A stretch of DNA of 64,000 nucleotides, taken from positions 2,624,001 to 2,688,000 of the forward strand of contig CAXXTU010000002.1 in the NCBI GenBank assembly GCA_963662655.2, in the 5' to 3' direction. The DNA is from Candidatus Cloacimonadales bacterium (GTDB taxonomy: Bacteria; Cloacimonadota; Cloacimonadia; Cloacimonadales; JAIOQZ01). How positions within the stretch are numbered: the first letter of the stretch is position 1; each line of letters starts with the position of its first letter. Position numbers and translations under genes: made by a program. This document shows, piece after piece, positions 52,985 through 62,532 of this stretch. The notes under the pieces were generated by a model. It was not told the origin of the DNA, ran no database searches, and saw only the letters and a list, made by a program, of their open reading frames with translations.

Positions 52985-54307
52985 ATGGCAAAGAAAGTAA
53001 CCATTTTTGGAGCGGGTCTTGTTGTTAAACCAATGGTTGATTATCTCGCTAAACATGGTTTTGAAATCGCAATAGCCAGCAGAACTCTTTCCAAAGCGGA
53101 AAAACTTGCTGCACCACACGAAAAGGCAACTGCAATTCAGTTTGTAGCAAACGACATGGACAAGATGGGGGAACTGATCAAGGAAAGTGACCTGGTCGTC
53201 AGCCTTCTTCCTGCAACGCTCCACGTGGAAGTTGCGAAGAAGTGTATCCAGATGAAGACCAACATGGTGACAACCTCTTATATCAGCCCGCAAATGCGCG
53301 AACTCAACGCGGCTGCGAAAGAAGCAGGCATCATGATCCTGAACGAAATCGGCGTGGACCCTGGTATCGACCACATGTCTGCCATGAAGATTTTCCACGA
53401 AGTGGAAGACAAGGGCGGCAAGATCGTATCCTTCATGTCCTACTGCGGCGGGCTTCCCGCACACGAAGCCAACACCAATCCCTGGGGATACAAATTCTCA
53501 TGGGCTCCCAAGGGTGTTCTCAAGGCAGCAGGCAACAACGCTCAATATATGAAAGACGGTAAAATCGTTAAAGTTCCGGGCAAGGAACTCTTCAGCCACT
53601 ACTGGTTCCTGGATGTGGAAGGCGCAGGGACATTCGAGGCGTATGTCAACCGCGATTCCCTTCCTTACATCGATCTCTACAACCTGAAAAACGTGCGCAC
53701 CATGTACCGCGGTACCCTGCGCAACGTCAGCCACTGCGACACATGGTACATCCTCTCGCAGATGGGATTCTTCAACGACGACGATTACTATAACGATCTC
53801 GGTGGAACCGTTCAGGAGTTCGTTCTCGAAAAAATCCTCGGCGCACCGAAAGACGCATGCCTCAAGGAAGAGATCGTCAAGCGCTACGGTATCATGGAAA
53901 CCAGCGTCATCCTGAAGAAATTCGAGTGGCTGGGAATCATCGGCGATACCCCGATGCCGATCAAAGAAGGCTCGGCCGTTGACGTGCTCACTGCACTGAT
54001 GCTCGACAAGATGTCCTACGATAAGGGCGAGCGCGACCTTCTGGTTCTCCACCACGAATTCGTCGCAGCATACGGCGATAAGGAACAGCGCATCACCTCG
54101 ACCATGATCGACACCGGTATCGAAAACGGCGACAGCTCCATGTCACGTACGGTTTCACTGCCGGCCGCCATCGCGGTTCGCTACATCCTGGAAGGGAAGT
54201 TCCATATCCCCGGCGTTCACATGCCCGTAATGCCGGAAGTATACCTCCCCGTCCTGGAAGAGCTTGGCAACCTGGATATCAAGGTGATCGAACGCTTTTA
54301 TGATTGA
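52985..54307 (+). CDS. Saccharopine dehydrogenase/reductase (glutamate-forming; Lys9/AASS-SDH-like)
   Basis: GAGLV, SLLP, VTTSY, NEIGVDPGIDHMSA, SFMSYCGGLPA, YKFSWAP, NRDS, RGTLR, MSRTVSLP. Confidence 0.93.
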   Translation: MAKKVTIFGAGLVVKPMVDYLAKHGFEIAIASRTLSKAEKLAAPHEKATAIQFVANDMDKMGELIKESDLVVSLLPATLHVEVAKKCIQMKTNMVTTSYISPQMRELNAAAKEAGIMILNEIGVDPGIDHMSAMKIFHEVEDKGGKIVSFMSYCGGLPAHEANTNPWGYKFSWAPKGVLKAAGNNAQYMKDGKIVKVPGKELFSHYWFLDVEGAGTFEAYVNRDSLPYIDLYNLKNVRTMYRGTLRNVSHCDTWYILSQMGFFNDDDYYNDLGGTVQEFVLEKILGAPKDACLKEEIVKRYGIMETSVILKKFEWLGIIGDTPMPIKEGSAVDVLTALMLDKMSYDKGERDLLVLHHEFVAAYGDKEQRITSTMIDTGIENGDSSMSRTVSLPAAIAVRYILEGKFHIPGVHMPVMPEVYLPVLEELGNLDIKVIERFYD

Positions 54308-54325
54308 TCGCATCATCGATAAATA

Positions 54326-54427
54326 ATTTCTACAAACGTGCATCGTATGGTTTACCCCATGCGATGCACATTGTCCATGGGGTGAAATTCGTAACCATAC
54401 GGCTCTCCGCCCGAGCGTCGTAGAAAT
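54326..54427. repeat. Intergenic nested inverted repeat
   Basis: ATTTCTAC/GTAGAAAT, CGTATGGTT/AACCATACG, TTTACCCCATG/CATGGGGTGAA. Confidence 0.65.
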
Positions 54428-54443
54428 AAACTGGAGTCTGTAC

Positions 54444-55739
54444 ATGAAGAAACTTGGAATACTCAGAGAAACGAAAAACCAGTGGGAAGCACGAGTTCCC
54501 CTCAATCCCGAGGCGGTGAAAACGCTGGTGGATGACGGATATCAGGTAACCGTGCAACCTTCCGACTTGAGAATTTACAAAAACAATCAATACGCTTCCG
54601 TTGGCGCAACCATCTCCGACGACCTTTCCGACTGCGATCTCATCATCGGCGTCAAAGAAATCAAAATCCCGGACATGGTGCCGGGCAAGCCGCACATGTT
54701 CTTCTCGCATACCATCAAGGGGCAGGACTACAACATGCCCATGCTGCGCGAATTCATGGACAACAAATGCTCGATCCTGGATTACGAACGCATCGTCGAC
54801 GAGGATAACCGCCGCCTGGTGTTCTTCGGCAAATTCGCCGGTAACGCCGGAATGATCGATACGCTTTGGGCAACCGGAAAACGCCTGGAAGAGCATCTCG
54901 GCCTGGCAACCCCGCTTTCGAAAGTCAAGCGCGCATTCGAGTACGAACGCGTCAACGACGCCGTCGATCACCTGCGGGAGCTCTCTGAAGAGATCAAGAA
55001 GAACGGGCTGCCGAAAGAGCTCGGGCCATTCGTCATCTTCCTGCTCGGCTATGGCCATGTTGCCACCGGCTGCAAGGAAATCCTGGCCGGACTGCCCATC
55101 GAAGAGATCGATCCCAACGACCTCGGCAAGCTCGACAAGGATTACAAGAACGACAGAATCTATCTGGCTGTTTTCAAAGAGCATCACCTTGTGGAGAGAA
55201 AGGACGATCGGACCTTCGACCTGATGGACTACTTCAAGCACGGGCCGGAATACCAGTCAAGAATGAAGCGCTATCTGCCATATTGCTCCATCTACGTGAA
55301 CGCGATCTACTGGGCGCCGGGGTATCCGGTGTTCCTCACTAAAAAAGACATCGCGGACATCCAGAACGGCGACAGGAAGATGCTTTCCGTGGGCGACATC
55401 ACCTGCGATATCGAGGGCTCGGTTGAAGCGACCGTCAAAGCGACCTATCCCGACAACCCCGTCTATACTTACGACGGCCTGAAAGACGAAATCATTGACG
55501 GTTACATGGGCGAAGGCGTAACCATCTGCGCCGTCGACAACCTCCCGTGCGAGTTTTCCATGGAGGCCTCCGACGGATTCACCAAAGCGCTGCTCCCATT
55601 CATGAAGGCCATGCTGGACAACGACTGGAGCAAATCCATCGAGGAATCCGACCTTCCTTACCCAATCAAGAAATCCATTATTATACATCAAGGTAAACTG
55701 GAACCGGAATACGCGTATATTCAAGAGTTCCTGAATTAA
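54444..55739 (+). CDS. Lysine-ketoglutarate reductase (AlaDH/PNT fold; AASS/LKR-type)
   Basis: RE..NQWEARVPL, VQPS, IGVKE, FFSHTIKGQ..NM, DYERI, RLVFFGKFAG.AGMI, DITCD, AVDNLP. Confidence 0.9.
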   Translation: MKKLGILRETKNQWEARVPLNPEAVKTLVDDGYQVTVQPSDLRIYKNNQYASVGATISDDLSDCDLIIGVKEIKIPDMVPGKPHMFFSHTIKGQDYNMPMLREFMDNKCSILDYERIVDEDNRRLVFFGKFAGNAGMIDTLWATGKRLEEHLGLATPLSKVKRAFEYERVNDAVDHLRELSEEIKKNGLPKELGPFVIFLLGYGHVATGCKEILAGLPIEEIDPNDLGKLDKDYKNDRIYLAVFKEHHLVERKDDRTFDLMDYFKHGPEYQSRMKRYLPYCSIYVNAIYWAPGYPVFLTKKDIADIQNGDRKMLSVGDITCDIEGSVEATVKATYPDNPVYTYDGLKDEIIDGYMGEGVTICAVDNLPCEFSMEASDGFTKALLPFMKAMLDNDWSKSIEESDLPYPIKKSIIIHQGKLEPEYAYIQEFLN

Positions 55740-55749
55740 GGAGTTCCGT

Positions 55750-56964
55750 ATGCCAACCCAATGCATGATCGGAAATTTCGGTGACGATGTTCGCTCCGAC
55801 TGCCGCGTTACGCTGGAGATCAGAGAAAGCGGCGGAAGAGAAATCGTCATCGCGAGCAAAGTCAAAGCTCTCTTTGGTAAATCGATCCGGAAGCTCAGCG
55901 AGGATATCCTGGACTTCTACAAGATCGAAAGCGCATATCTCAAGATCGAAGACACCGGAGCGCTCGATTATGTAATCGCGGCCCGCATCGAAGCGGCCAT
56001 CCGAATGATTACCGGATCGAAAGAAGAATACCTTCTTCCCGCGCTGCCTCAGAACACCAACTTCACCCGCAAGGATCAGTTCCGCCGCGCACGTCTCTAC
56101 CTGCCCGGCAACACGCCCAAGCTGGCGATCAACGCGGGAATCCATCAGCCGGACGGAATCATACTCGACCTGGAAGACTCCGTGGCTCCACCCAAGAAAT
56201 ACGAAGCCCGTTTCGTGGTGAGAAATTCCCTGCGCAACGTCGATTTCTACGGCGGTGAACGCATGGTGCGCATCAATCAGCTTCCTCTGGGCCTGGAAGA
56301 CCTCGAGATGGTGGTACCGCACGGCGTGAACCTCATCCTCCTTCCCAAGTGTGAGGAAGCGAAACAGGTTCAGGATGTGGTGAAAAAAATCCACGAGCTT
56401 CTCCCCAACGACAAGGCGAAAGCGGAATCCATCTGGATCATGCCCATCATCGAATCGACGAAGGGCGTGCTGAACGCTTATCAAATCGCCTCATCGTCTC
56501 CACAGGTGTCTTCGCTGGCCATCGGCCTGGAAGACTACACCGCCGACCTCGGCACGCAACGCACCGAAGAGGGGAAAGAGACCTATTTCGCGCGCTGCAT
56601 GCTCGTCAACGCAGCACGTGCTGCCGGAATCCAGGCGATTGACTCGGTGTACTCCGACGTTGCCAACATGGACGGCCTCCACGAGTTCGCGACCTTCGGC
56701 AAATCGCTGGGGTTCGAGGGAATGGGATGTATCCACCCGCGCCAGATTGCGGTGATCAACCAATCCTACGCGCCGGAAGAGAAGGAAATCGAGAAGGCAA
56801 AGAAGATCGTGAAAGCATTCATCGAAGCGGAAGAGAAGGGACTCGGCGTTGTCTCGCTGGGCTCCAAGATGATCGATCCGCCGGTGGTCAAGCGCGCGCA
56901 GAACACAATAACGCTGGCAATCAAATCGGGCCTCCTTGCAGAGGATTGGAGGGAGCATGAGTAA
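55750..56964 (+). CDS. citE: Citrate-lyase-like CitD (ACP-like) - CitE (acyl-CoA lyase) fusion
   Basis: N-terminal SKVKALFG...EDTGALDYVIAARIEAA (CitD-like); LYLPGN, DLEDSV, VRIN, IIES, GLEDYTADLG, IHPRQI, MIDPPV (CitE). Confidence 0.88.
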   Translation: MPTQCMIGNFGDDVRSDCRVTLEIRESGGREIVIASKVKALFGKSIRKLSEDILDFYKIESAYLKIEDTGALDYVIAARIEAAIRMITGSKEEYLLPALPQNTNFTRKDQFRRARLYLPGNTPKLAINAGIHQPDGIILDLEDSVAPPKKYEARFVVRNSLRNVDFYGGERMVRINQLPLGLEDLEMVVPHGVNLILLPKCEEAKQVQDVVKKIHELLPNDKAKAESIWIMPIIESTKGVLNAYQIASSSPQVSSLAIGLEDYTADLGTQRTEEGKETYFARCMLVNAARAAGIQAIDSVYSDVANMDGLHEFATFGKSLGFEGMGCIHPRQIAVINQSYAPEEKEIEKAKKIVKAFIEAEEKGLGVVSLGSKMIDPPVVKRAQNTITLAIKSGLLAEDWREHE

Positions 56965-58510
56965 AGAAGTCAAAAACGCAGTCGGAAGAATGATTCCGGA
57001 AGAGATAAACGGCAAGTCGGTGATCCCGTTCATGGGCGTGGGCAAGTATCGCCCCACCGGACGCAAGGCCGCGCCTCCCATCGCGACATGCATCGATTAC
57101 CCGGATAGCGGCGACAAACGCGTCAAAGATATCAAGGAAGCGCTGGTCAAATCGGGCATCAAGGACGGCATGACCATCTCGACGCATCACCATTTCCGCA
57201 ACGGCGACCTGGTTGCGAACCTTGTCTTCCACGCGGCGCACGAACTGGGCGTGAAGGACCTCGTATGGTTCCCGTCCGCCTCATTCCCCTGCCACAGTGA
57301 GCTGCTTCCCTACCTGGAAGACGGCACCATTCACCACATCGAAGGCAGCATGAACGGCCCGCTCGGCAAGTTCGCGTCGCAGGGTAAAATGCGCGGAGCC
57401 GGCGTTCTTCGCTCGCACGGCGGACGCTATCAGGCGGTTCAGGACGGCGAAGTCCACATCGACATCGCCTTCATCGCGGCCCCAACGGCAGACGCCTTCG
57501 GTAACGCAAACGCGGTAACCGGTGCTTCAGCGTGCGGTCTTTTGGGATTCGCGCTGGCTGATTCGCAATACGCGGATCGCGTCGTGGTTTGCACCGATAA
57601 CCTCGTTCCCTTCCCCTGCACACCGTGGCAGATCCAGGGCAACTACGTCGATTTCGTGGTCGAGATGGATCGTGTGGGAATCCCTGAGAAAATCGTCTCG
57701 GGAACCACGCAGATCACCAAAAGCCCCGATCGTCTCTTCATCGCCGAGTTGACCGCGAAATTCTGCGAAGCGGCCGGACTGATCAAGGAAGGATTCAGCT
57801 TCCAGGCCGGCGCAGGCGGAACCGCGCTCTCCATAGGGATTTATTTCTCGGAAATCCTGAAGAAGAAAGGAATGAAAGGCGGGTTTGCCCGTGGCGGCAG
57901 CAATAAATACCTCGTGAACATGCTCGAAGAAGGCTTGATCACGCACATTCTGGACGGTCAGACCTTCGACCTCGAGGGCGTCCGCTCCATGCGCGAGAAT
58001 CCGACGCACGTCTGGACAAGTCCGTTCACGAGCTACAACTACCACGGCAAGGGCAACTTCGCCAGCATGGTGGACATCGTGATCCTGGGCGCTACCGAGG
58101 TTGACGTGAACTTCAACGCCAACGTAGTGACTCACTCCGACGGCTACCTCCTGCACGGTATCGGCGGCTGGCAGAACTGCCTCTTCAGCAAGAACGTGAT
58201 CCTGCCCATCCCGCTGTTCCGCGACCGCATCCCCGTCATTCGCGACGAGGTGACCACCATCTGCGGACCGGGCGAATTGATCGACATCATCGTCACCGAA
58301 CGCGGTATCGCCATCAACCCGCGCCGTACCGATCTCATCGAAGCGACCAAAGACTCCGGCCTTCCCATCAAGACCATCCAGGAATTGAAGGAAGAAGCGG
58401 AAGCGATCTGCGGCAAGGCAGAGCCTCCAACCCTCGGGCAGAAGGTCATCGCGGCCATCAAGTGGGTGGACGGAACCGTCATCGACGTAGTTAGAGAAGT
58501 GATAGAATAA
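56957..58510 (+). CDS. citF: Citrate-lyase-like alpha subunit (CoA transferase)
   Basis: DGMTISTHHHFRNGD, RSHGGR, FQAGAGG, LGATEVD.NFN.NV, VTERGIAINP, DGTVIDVV; overlaps the citE stop. Confidence 0.92.
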   Translation: MSKEVKNAVGRMIPEEINGKSVIPFMGVGKYRPTGRKAAPPIATCIDYPDSGDKRVKDIKEALVKSGIKDGMTISTHHHFRNGDLVANLVFHAAHELGVKDLVWFPSASFPCHSELLPYLEDGTIHHIEGSMNGPLGKFASQGKMRGAGVLRSHGGRYQAVQDGEVHIDIAFIAAPTADAFGNANAVTGASACGLLGFALADSQYADRVVVCTDNLVPFPCTPWQIQGNYVDFVVEMDRVGIPEKIVSGTTQITKSPDRLFIAELTAKFCEAAGLIKEGFSFQAGAGGTALSIGIYFSEILKKKGMKGGFARGGSNKYLVNMLEEGLITHILDGQTFDLEGVRSMRENPTHVWTSPFTSYNYHGKGNFASMVDIVILGATEVDVNFNANVVTHSDGYLLHGIGGWQNCLFSKNVILPIPLFRDRIPVIRDEVTTICGPGELIDIIVTERGIAINPRRTDLIEATKDSGLPIKTIQELKEEAEAICGKAEPPTLGQKVIAAIKWVDGTVIDVVREVIE

Positions 58511-58569
58511 CCAAGTTCGCTGATACATGGCACATCGTTGTGCGAAGTGAGCTTTCTTGGGTTTACATG

Positions 58570-58688
58570 ATGTCATCCTGATTATCCATAATGTCGTCCT
58601 GATTTTCCATAATGTCATCCTGAGCGGAGTCGAAGGATGACATGAAGGAAAGGTTCAGAATGACATGGAGGAAAGGCTCAGGGTGACA
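58570..58688. repeat. Nested REP-like cluster
   Basis: Three left ends TGTCRTCCTGA at 58571/58592/58613 (21-bp period) and three right ends ending in TGACA at 58642/58665/58688 (23-bp period). Confidence 0.85.
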
Positions 58689-58746
58689 AAGCAAATGACA
58701 ATGAAAATGAACCATAACAGAAAGATACAGTAACTCGGAGGAAAAC

Positions 58747-59937
58747 ATGGCTAATATGACAATCGTACTGATGCCCGGCGACGGCATCGGCAAAATCGTT
58801 CTTCCCGAAGCGATTCGCGTACTTGAAGCGGCTGATTTCCGCGCGCAGTATGTTCACGCCGATATCGGTTGGGAATTCTGGTGCAAGGAAGGCAATCCCC
58901 TTCCTCAGCGCACCATCGACCTGCTCAAAGAGCACAAGATCAGCCTCTTCGGAGCCATCACGTCGAAACCCAAATCGGATGCGGCGAAGGAACTCGCACC
59001 CGAGCTTCAGGACAAAGGTTACGTATACTACAGCCCCATCGTCGGTCTGCGCCAGCACTTCGACCTGGACATCTGTCTGCGTCCGTGCAAGACCTTCAAG
59101 GGCAACCCGCTCAACTTCATCCGCAAGGGTGCGAACGACACCATCGAAGAGCCGGAAGTCGATGTGGCGATCTTCCGCCAGAACACCGAAGGTCTCTACG
59201 GCGGCGTAGAGTGGACCAATCCGTCGGATCAGGTCTACGACGCGCTGATGACACACCCGAAATTCAGCAAGAACTTCGGCTGGTGCCCGCGTGAAGAGCT
59301 CGCGGTCTCGACTCGTATCTTCACCCGCAAGTATTCCGAAAGGATCATCCGCCGGGCTTTCGAGCACGCCGACAAGTTCGGTTACAAGTCGGTCACTCTC
59401 TGCGAGAAGCCGAATGTAATACGTGAAACATCCGGTATGATGCTCGCGCTGGCGAAGGACATCCAGAAGGAATATCCGCATATCGCGCTCTGGAACACCA
59501 ACATCGACGCGCAGATGATGTGGCTGACCAAGAATCCGGAAGACTACGGCGTAATCGTTGCCGGCAACATGTTCGGCGACATCGTCTCCGACGGTTTCGC
59601 AGGGCTGGTCGGCGGTCTCGGCTTCGCGTGCAGCGCGAACATCGGTCAGGAAGTGGCGGTTTTCGAGCCGACCCACGGTTCCGCTCCGAAGTACGCCGAA
59701 TACAAGACCCCGATCGTCAATCCGATGGCGATGATCCTCTCCGCCTGCATGATGCTCGACCACATCGGCGAGACAGAGAAGGCGACCCGCATCCGCAAAG
59801 CGATCGCGGATGTCGTGGAAGAGGGCAAGGTTCGCACGTACGACATGCTCAAGATGAAGGGTTCGCCCGACGTCGTCGAGAACGGCGCCGCATCGACCAT
59901 GCAGGTCACCGACGCCATCATCGCGAAACTCAAATAG
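58747..59937 (+). CDS. Beta-decarboxylating dehydrogenase, homoisocitrate-dehydrogenase-like
   Basis: PGDGIG, GAITS, YSPIVGLR (cf. fungal Lys12 YSSPIVALR), RQNTEGLY, KPNV, NMFGDIVSD, FEPTHGSAP. Confidence 0.85.
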   Translation: MANMTIVLMPGDGIGKIVLPEAIRVLEAADFRAQYVHADIGWEFWCKEGNPLPQRTIDLLKEHKISLFGAITSKPKSDAAKELAPELQDKGYVYYSPIVGLRQHFDLDICLRPCKTFKGNPLNFIRKGANDTIEEPEVDVAIFRQNTEGLYGGVEWTNPSDQVYDALMTHPKFSKNFGWCPREELAVSTRIFTRKYSERIIRRAFEHADKFGYKSVTLCEKPNVIRETSGMMLALAKDIQKEYPHIALWNTNIDAQMMWLTKNPEDYGVIVAGNMFGDIVSDGFAGLVGGLGFACSANIGQEVAVFEPTHGSAPKYAEYKTPIVNPMAMILSACMMLDHIGETEKATRIRKAIADVVEEGKVRTYDMLKMKGSPDVVENGAASTMQVTDAIIAKLK

Positions 59938-60017
59938 TTCTTTGACAACAGCATTTCATGGGGGGGCTCGAAAGAGTCCCTCTGTGTATATGAGGGTAAA
60001 TAAAAGGAGCAAACACA

Positions 60018-60587
60018 ATGGAACAATATTTCAGAAGAATATTCGACAGAGTGCTGTCGAAAATCGAAAGCGAAGACATCCGCGAGAAGACCGTTGAGTG
60101 CTTCGTGATCGCGGCAAAGGAAGGCGGCTGGCAAAAACCGGAAGACATCGAGAAGATTCCGTTCACCCTGCTGACAGAGACGAAAGGCATCAACTTCATC
60201 GAACATACCATGGCCGTAACGGAAGGCGCTGTTGGGCTCGCAGAGGCAATTAAAGCGAACTACCGCAAGATGCCCTACACCCTCAACATGGACTTCCTGC
60301 TGGCAGGCGGTCTGTTGCATGACGTCGGTAAGCTCAAGGAAATCGAGTACGCCGACGGCGTCTATCGCAAGAGCTACAACGGCAAGTGCACCCGTCATCC
60401 GATTTCAGGCGCGATCCTCGCCGACCGCGTAGGTCTTCCGCAGGAGATCGTCAATATCGTCGCCAACCACGCAAAGGAAGGGGACGGACGTCCGCAGCGC
60501 ATCGAGACCGTCCTGATCCACCAGGCCGATTTCGCCACCTTCGATCCGATGGTCATGATGACCAAGGGACTGTTGATCGGGGAATAA
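60018..60587 (+). CDS. HD-domain (HDIG-type) phosphohydrolase
   Basis: EHT...LLHDVGK...RHPISG...NH...HQAD. Confidence 0.88.
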   Translation: MEQYFRRIFDRVLSKIESEDIREKTVECFVIAAKEGGWQKPEDIEKIPFTLLTETKGINFIEHTMAVTEGAVGLAEAIKANYRKMPYTLNMDFLLAGGLLHDVGKLKEIEYADGVYRKSYNGKCTRHPISGAILADRVGLPQEIVNIVANHAKEGDGRPQRIETVLIHQADFATFDPMVMMTKGLLIGE

Positions 60588-60610
60588 CCCGTATCCATCC
60601 ATTCAAATGG

Positions 60611-60689
60611 TGTCATCCTGAGCGTAGTCGAAGGACCATTTGAATGCAAACACACAAGCGCTGATCCTTCGACTCCGCTCAGGATGACA
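60611..60689. repeat. REP-like palindromic unit
   Basis: TGTCATCCTGAGCGTAGTCGAAGGA / TCCTTCGACTCCGCTCAGGATGACA, 24/25 complementary. Confidence 0.88.
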
Positions 60690-60717
60690 GCGCATGGGGT
60701 GAACACAAGGAGAAACC

Positions 60718-62514
60718 ATGACAATAATAGAAAAAATCCTCGCGAGCCACGCCGGTAAGAGCGTGGTAAAGCCGAACGATATCGTGGATATCGTGATCGA
60801 CGTGCGTGCCGCGCGCGACTTCGGCGGCGCCAACGTTGTGAAGAACCTGGAAAGCGCCGGCCTAACCGTCGACGATCCGGCCAAGACCTTCTTCACATTC
60901 GACTGCAATCCGACCGGTTCCGACCAGAAATATGCCGCCAATCAGCAGTATTGCAGGCTCTACGCACGCGATAACGGCATCAAGGTCTATGACATCGACG
61001 CCGGCATCGGTACCCACCTCGTGATCGAAAAAGGACTCGCCTACCCGGGCTCGACCGTTGTTTCCACCGACTCCCACGCCAACATCCTGGGCGCAGTCGG
61101 CGCTTTCGGCCAGGGCATGGGCGATCGCGACATCGCGGCTGCCTGGGCACACGGCAAGGTGTGGTTCAAGGTTCCCGCTTCGATCAAGCTCAACTTCACA
61201 GGCGAACGCCCCGATAATATCGACGCCAAGGACATCGTGCTCAACCTCCTGGCTCATTTCGGCGCTAACACGCTGCTGGGCTACTCCGTGGAACTTTACG
61301 GCGACGCCATCGACGAAATGACGCTCGACGAGCGCATCACCATCAGCTCCATGGCCACCGAGATGGGCGCGATCATCGTGCTCTTCCCGCCGAGCCAGGC
61401 AATTATCGACTACTTCAAGGAACGCACCGAAACGCCGTTCGAGCCCGTCTTTGCAGACGCGGACGCGAAGTACGACAATGAGCTAACCCTAGACATCTCA
61501 AAATTCGTTCCCATGACCTCCCGCCCGGGCCATCCGGAGGACGCGGTGAAAGTCGCGGAGGCGAAACAGGAGAAGATCGACTCCGCATTCATCGGAAGCT
61601 GCACCAACGGACGTATGGAAGACCTGCGCATCGCCGCCAACATCCTCAAAGGACGTAAAGTGGCTCCGGGCGTGGTTCTCAAGATCGTCCCGGCAACCAA
61701 CGACGTGTGGAACCAGTGCATGGAAGAGGGCATCCTGAAGATATTCAAGGACGCTGGCGCGCTGGTCGGAAACGCCGGTTGCGCGGGTTGTGCCGCGGGT
61801 CAGATCGGTCAGAACGGACCGGGCGAAGTGACCATCAGCACCGGCAACCGCAATTTCGCCGGCAAGCAGGGCAAGGGAAAGGTCTACCTGGCGTCTCCCG
61901 CCGTGGTAGCCGCCTCCGCAGTAGCCGGTTACATCACCACTCCGGACGCGATCCCGGATCAACCGGCCCTTTTCACAGCACGTGAGAAAGTGGAATCTGA
62001 AGTCGTTGCGCATGCGACAACTGAGGCGAAGCCGTCCGTGATCGAAGGGAAGGTATGGTTGATCATGAAGGACAACATCGACACCGACATGATCTACCAC
62101 AATCGCTATCTGACCATCACCGACATCGCGCAGATGGGACAGTACACCTTCGATAACCTGGAAGGTTGGGAAGACTTCGCAAAGAAAGCCGAATGCGGCG
62201 ACATCGTGATCACCGCGAAGAATTTTGGGGCGGGAAGCTCCCGTCAGCAAGCCGTGGATTGCTTCAAATCGTTGGGCGTGCAGGCCGTTTTGGCGAATTC
62301 GTTCGGAGCGATCTACGAACGCAACGCCATCAATGCCGCATTCCCGGTTCTGACATACGATTCGATCGAAGAACTCGGACTGAAAGACCGCGATCGGATC
62401 AAGGTCGATTTCGCGACGGGCGTCATGACCAACCTCGAAAACAGCAAGTCGATCCAGATCACGCCGTTCTACGATGTTCAGATGGAAATCTATCAGCGGG
62501 GCGGGCTTCTATAG
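60718..62514 (+). CDS. Aconitase-family hydro-lyase, LeuC+LeuD-like fusion with divergent active site
   Basis: TDSH, GSCTNG, CAGC, STGNRNF, swivel domain DNIDTD and NFGAGSSRQQA. Confidence 0.88.
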   Translation: MTIIEKILASHAGKSVVKPNDIVDIVIDVRAARDFGGANVVKNLESAGLTVDDPAKTFFTFDCNPTGSDQKYAANQQYCRLYARDNGIKVYDIDAGIGTHLVIEKGLAYPGSTVVSTDSHANILGAVGAFGQGMGDRDIAAAWAHGKVWFKVPASIKLNFTGERPDNIDAKDIVLNLLAHFGANTLLGYSVELYGDAIDEMTLDERITISSMATEMGAIIVLFPPSQAIIDYFKERTETPFEPVFADADAKYDNELTLDISKFVPMTSRPGHPEDAVKVAEAKQEKIDSAFIGSCTNGRMEDLRIAANILKGRKVAPGVVLKIVPATNDVWNQCMEEGILKIFKDAGALVGNAGCAGCAAGQIGQNGPGEVTISTGNRNFAGKQGKGKVYLASPAVVAASAVAGYITTPDAIPDQPALFTAREKVESEVVAHATTEAKPSVIEGKVWLIMKDNIDTDMIYHNRYLTITDIAQMGQYTFDNLEGWEDFAKKAECGDIVITAKNFGAGSSRQQAVDCFKSLGVQAVLANSFGAIYERNAINAAFPVLTYDSIEELGLKDRDRIKVDFATGVMTNLENSKSIQITPFYDVQMEIYQRGGLL

Positions 62515-62532
62515 CCCTCACAAGGAGTCAAT

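Noticed and set aside
58570..58688. Possible mini CRISPR array
   Set aside because: The period is only 21-23 bp, the 'spacers' are near-identical, the units are REP termini and there are no cas genes
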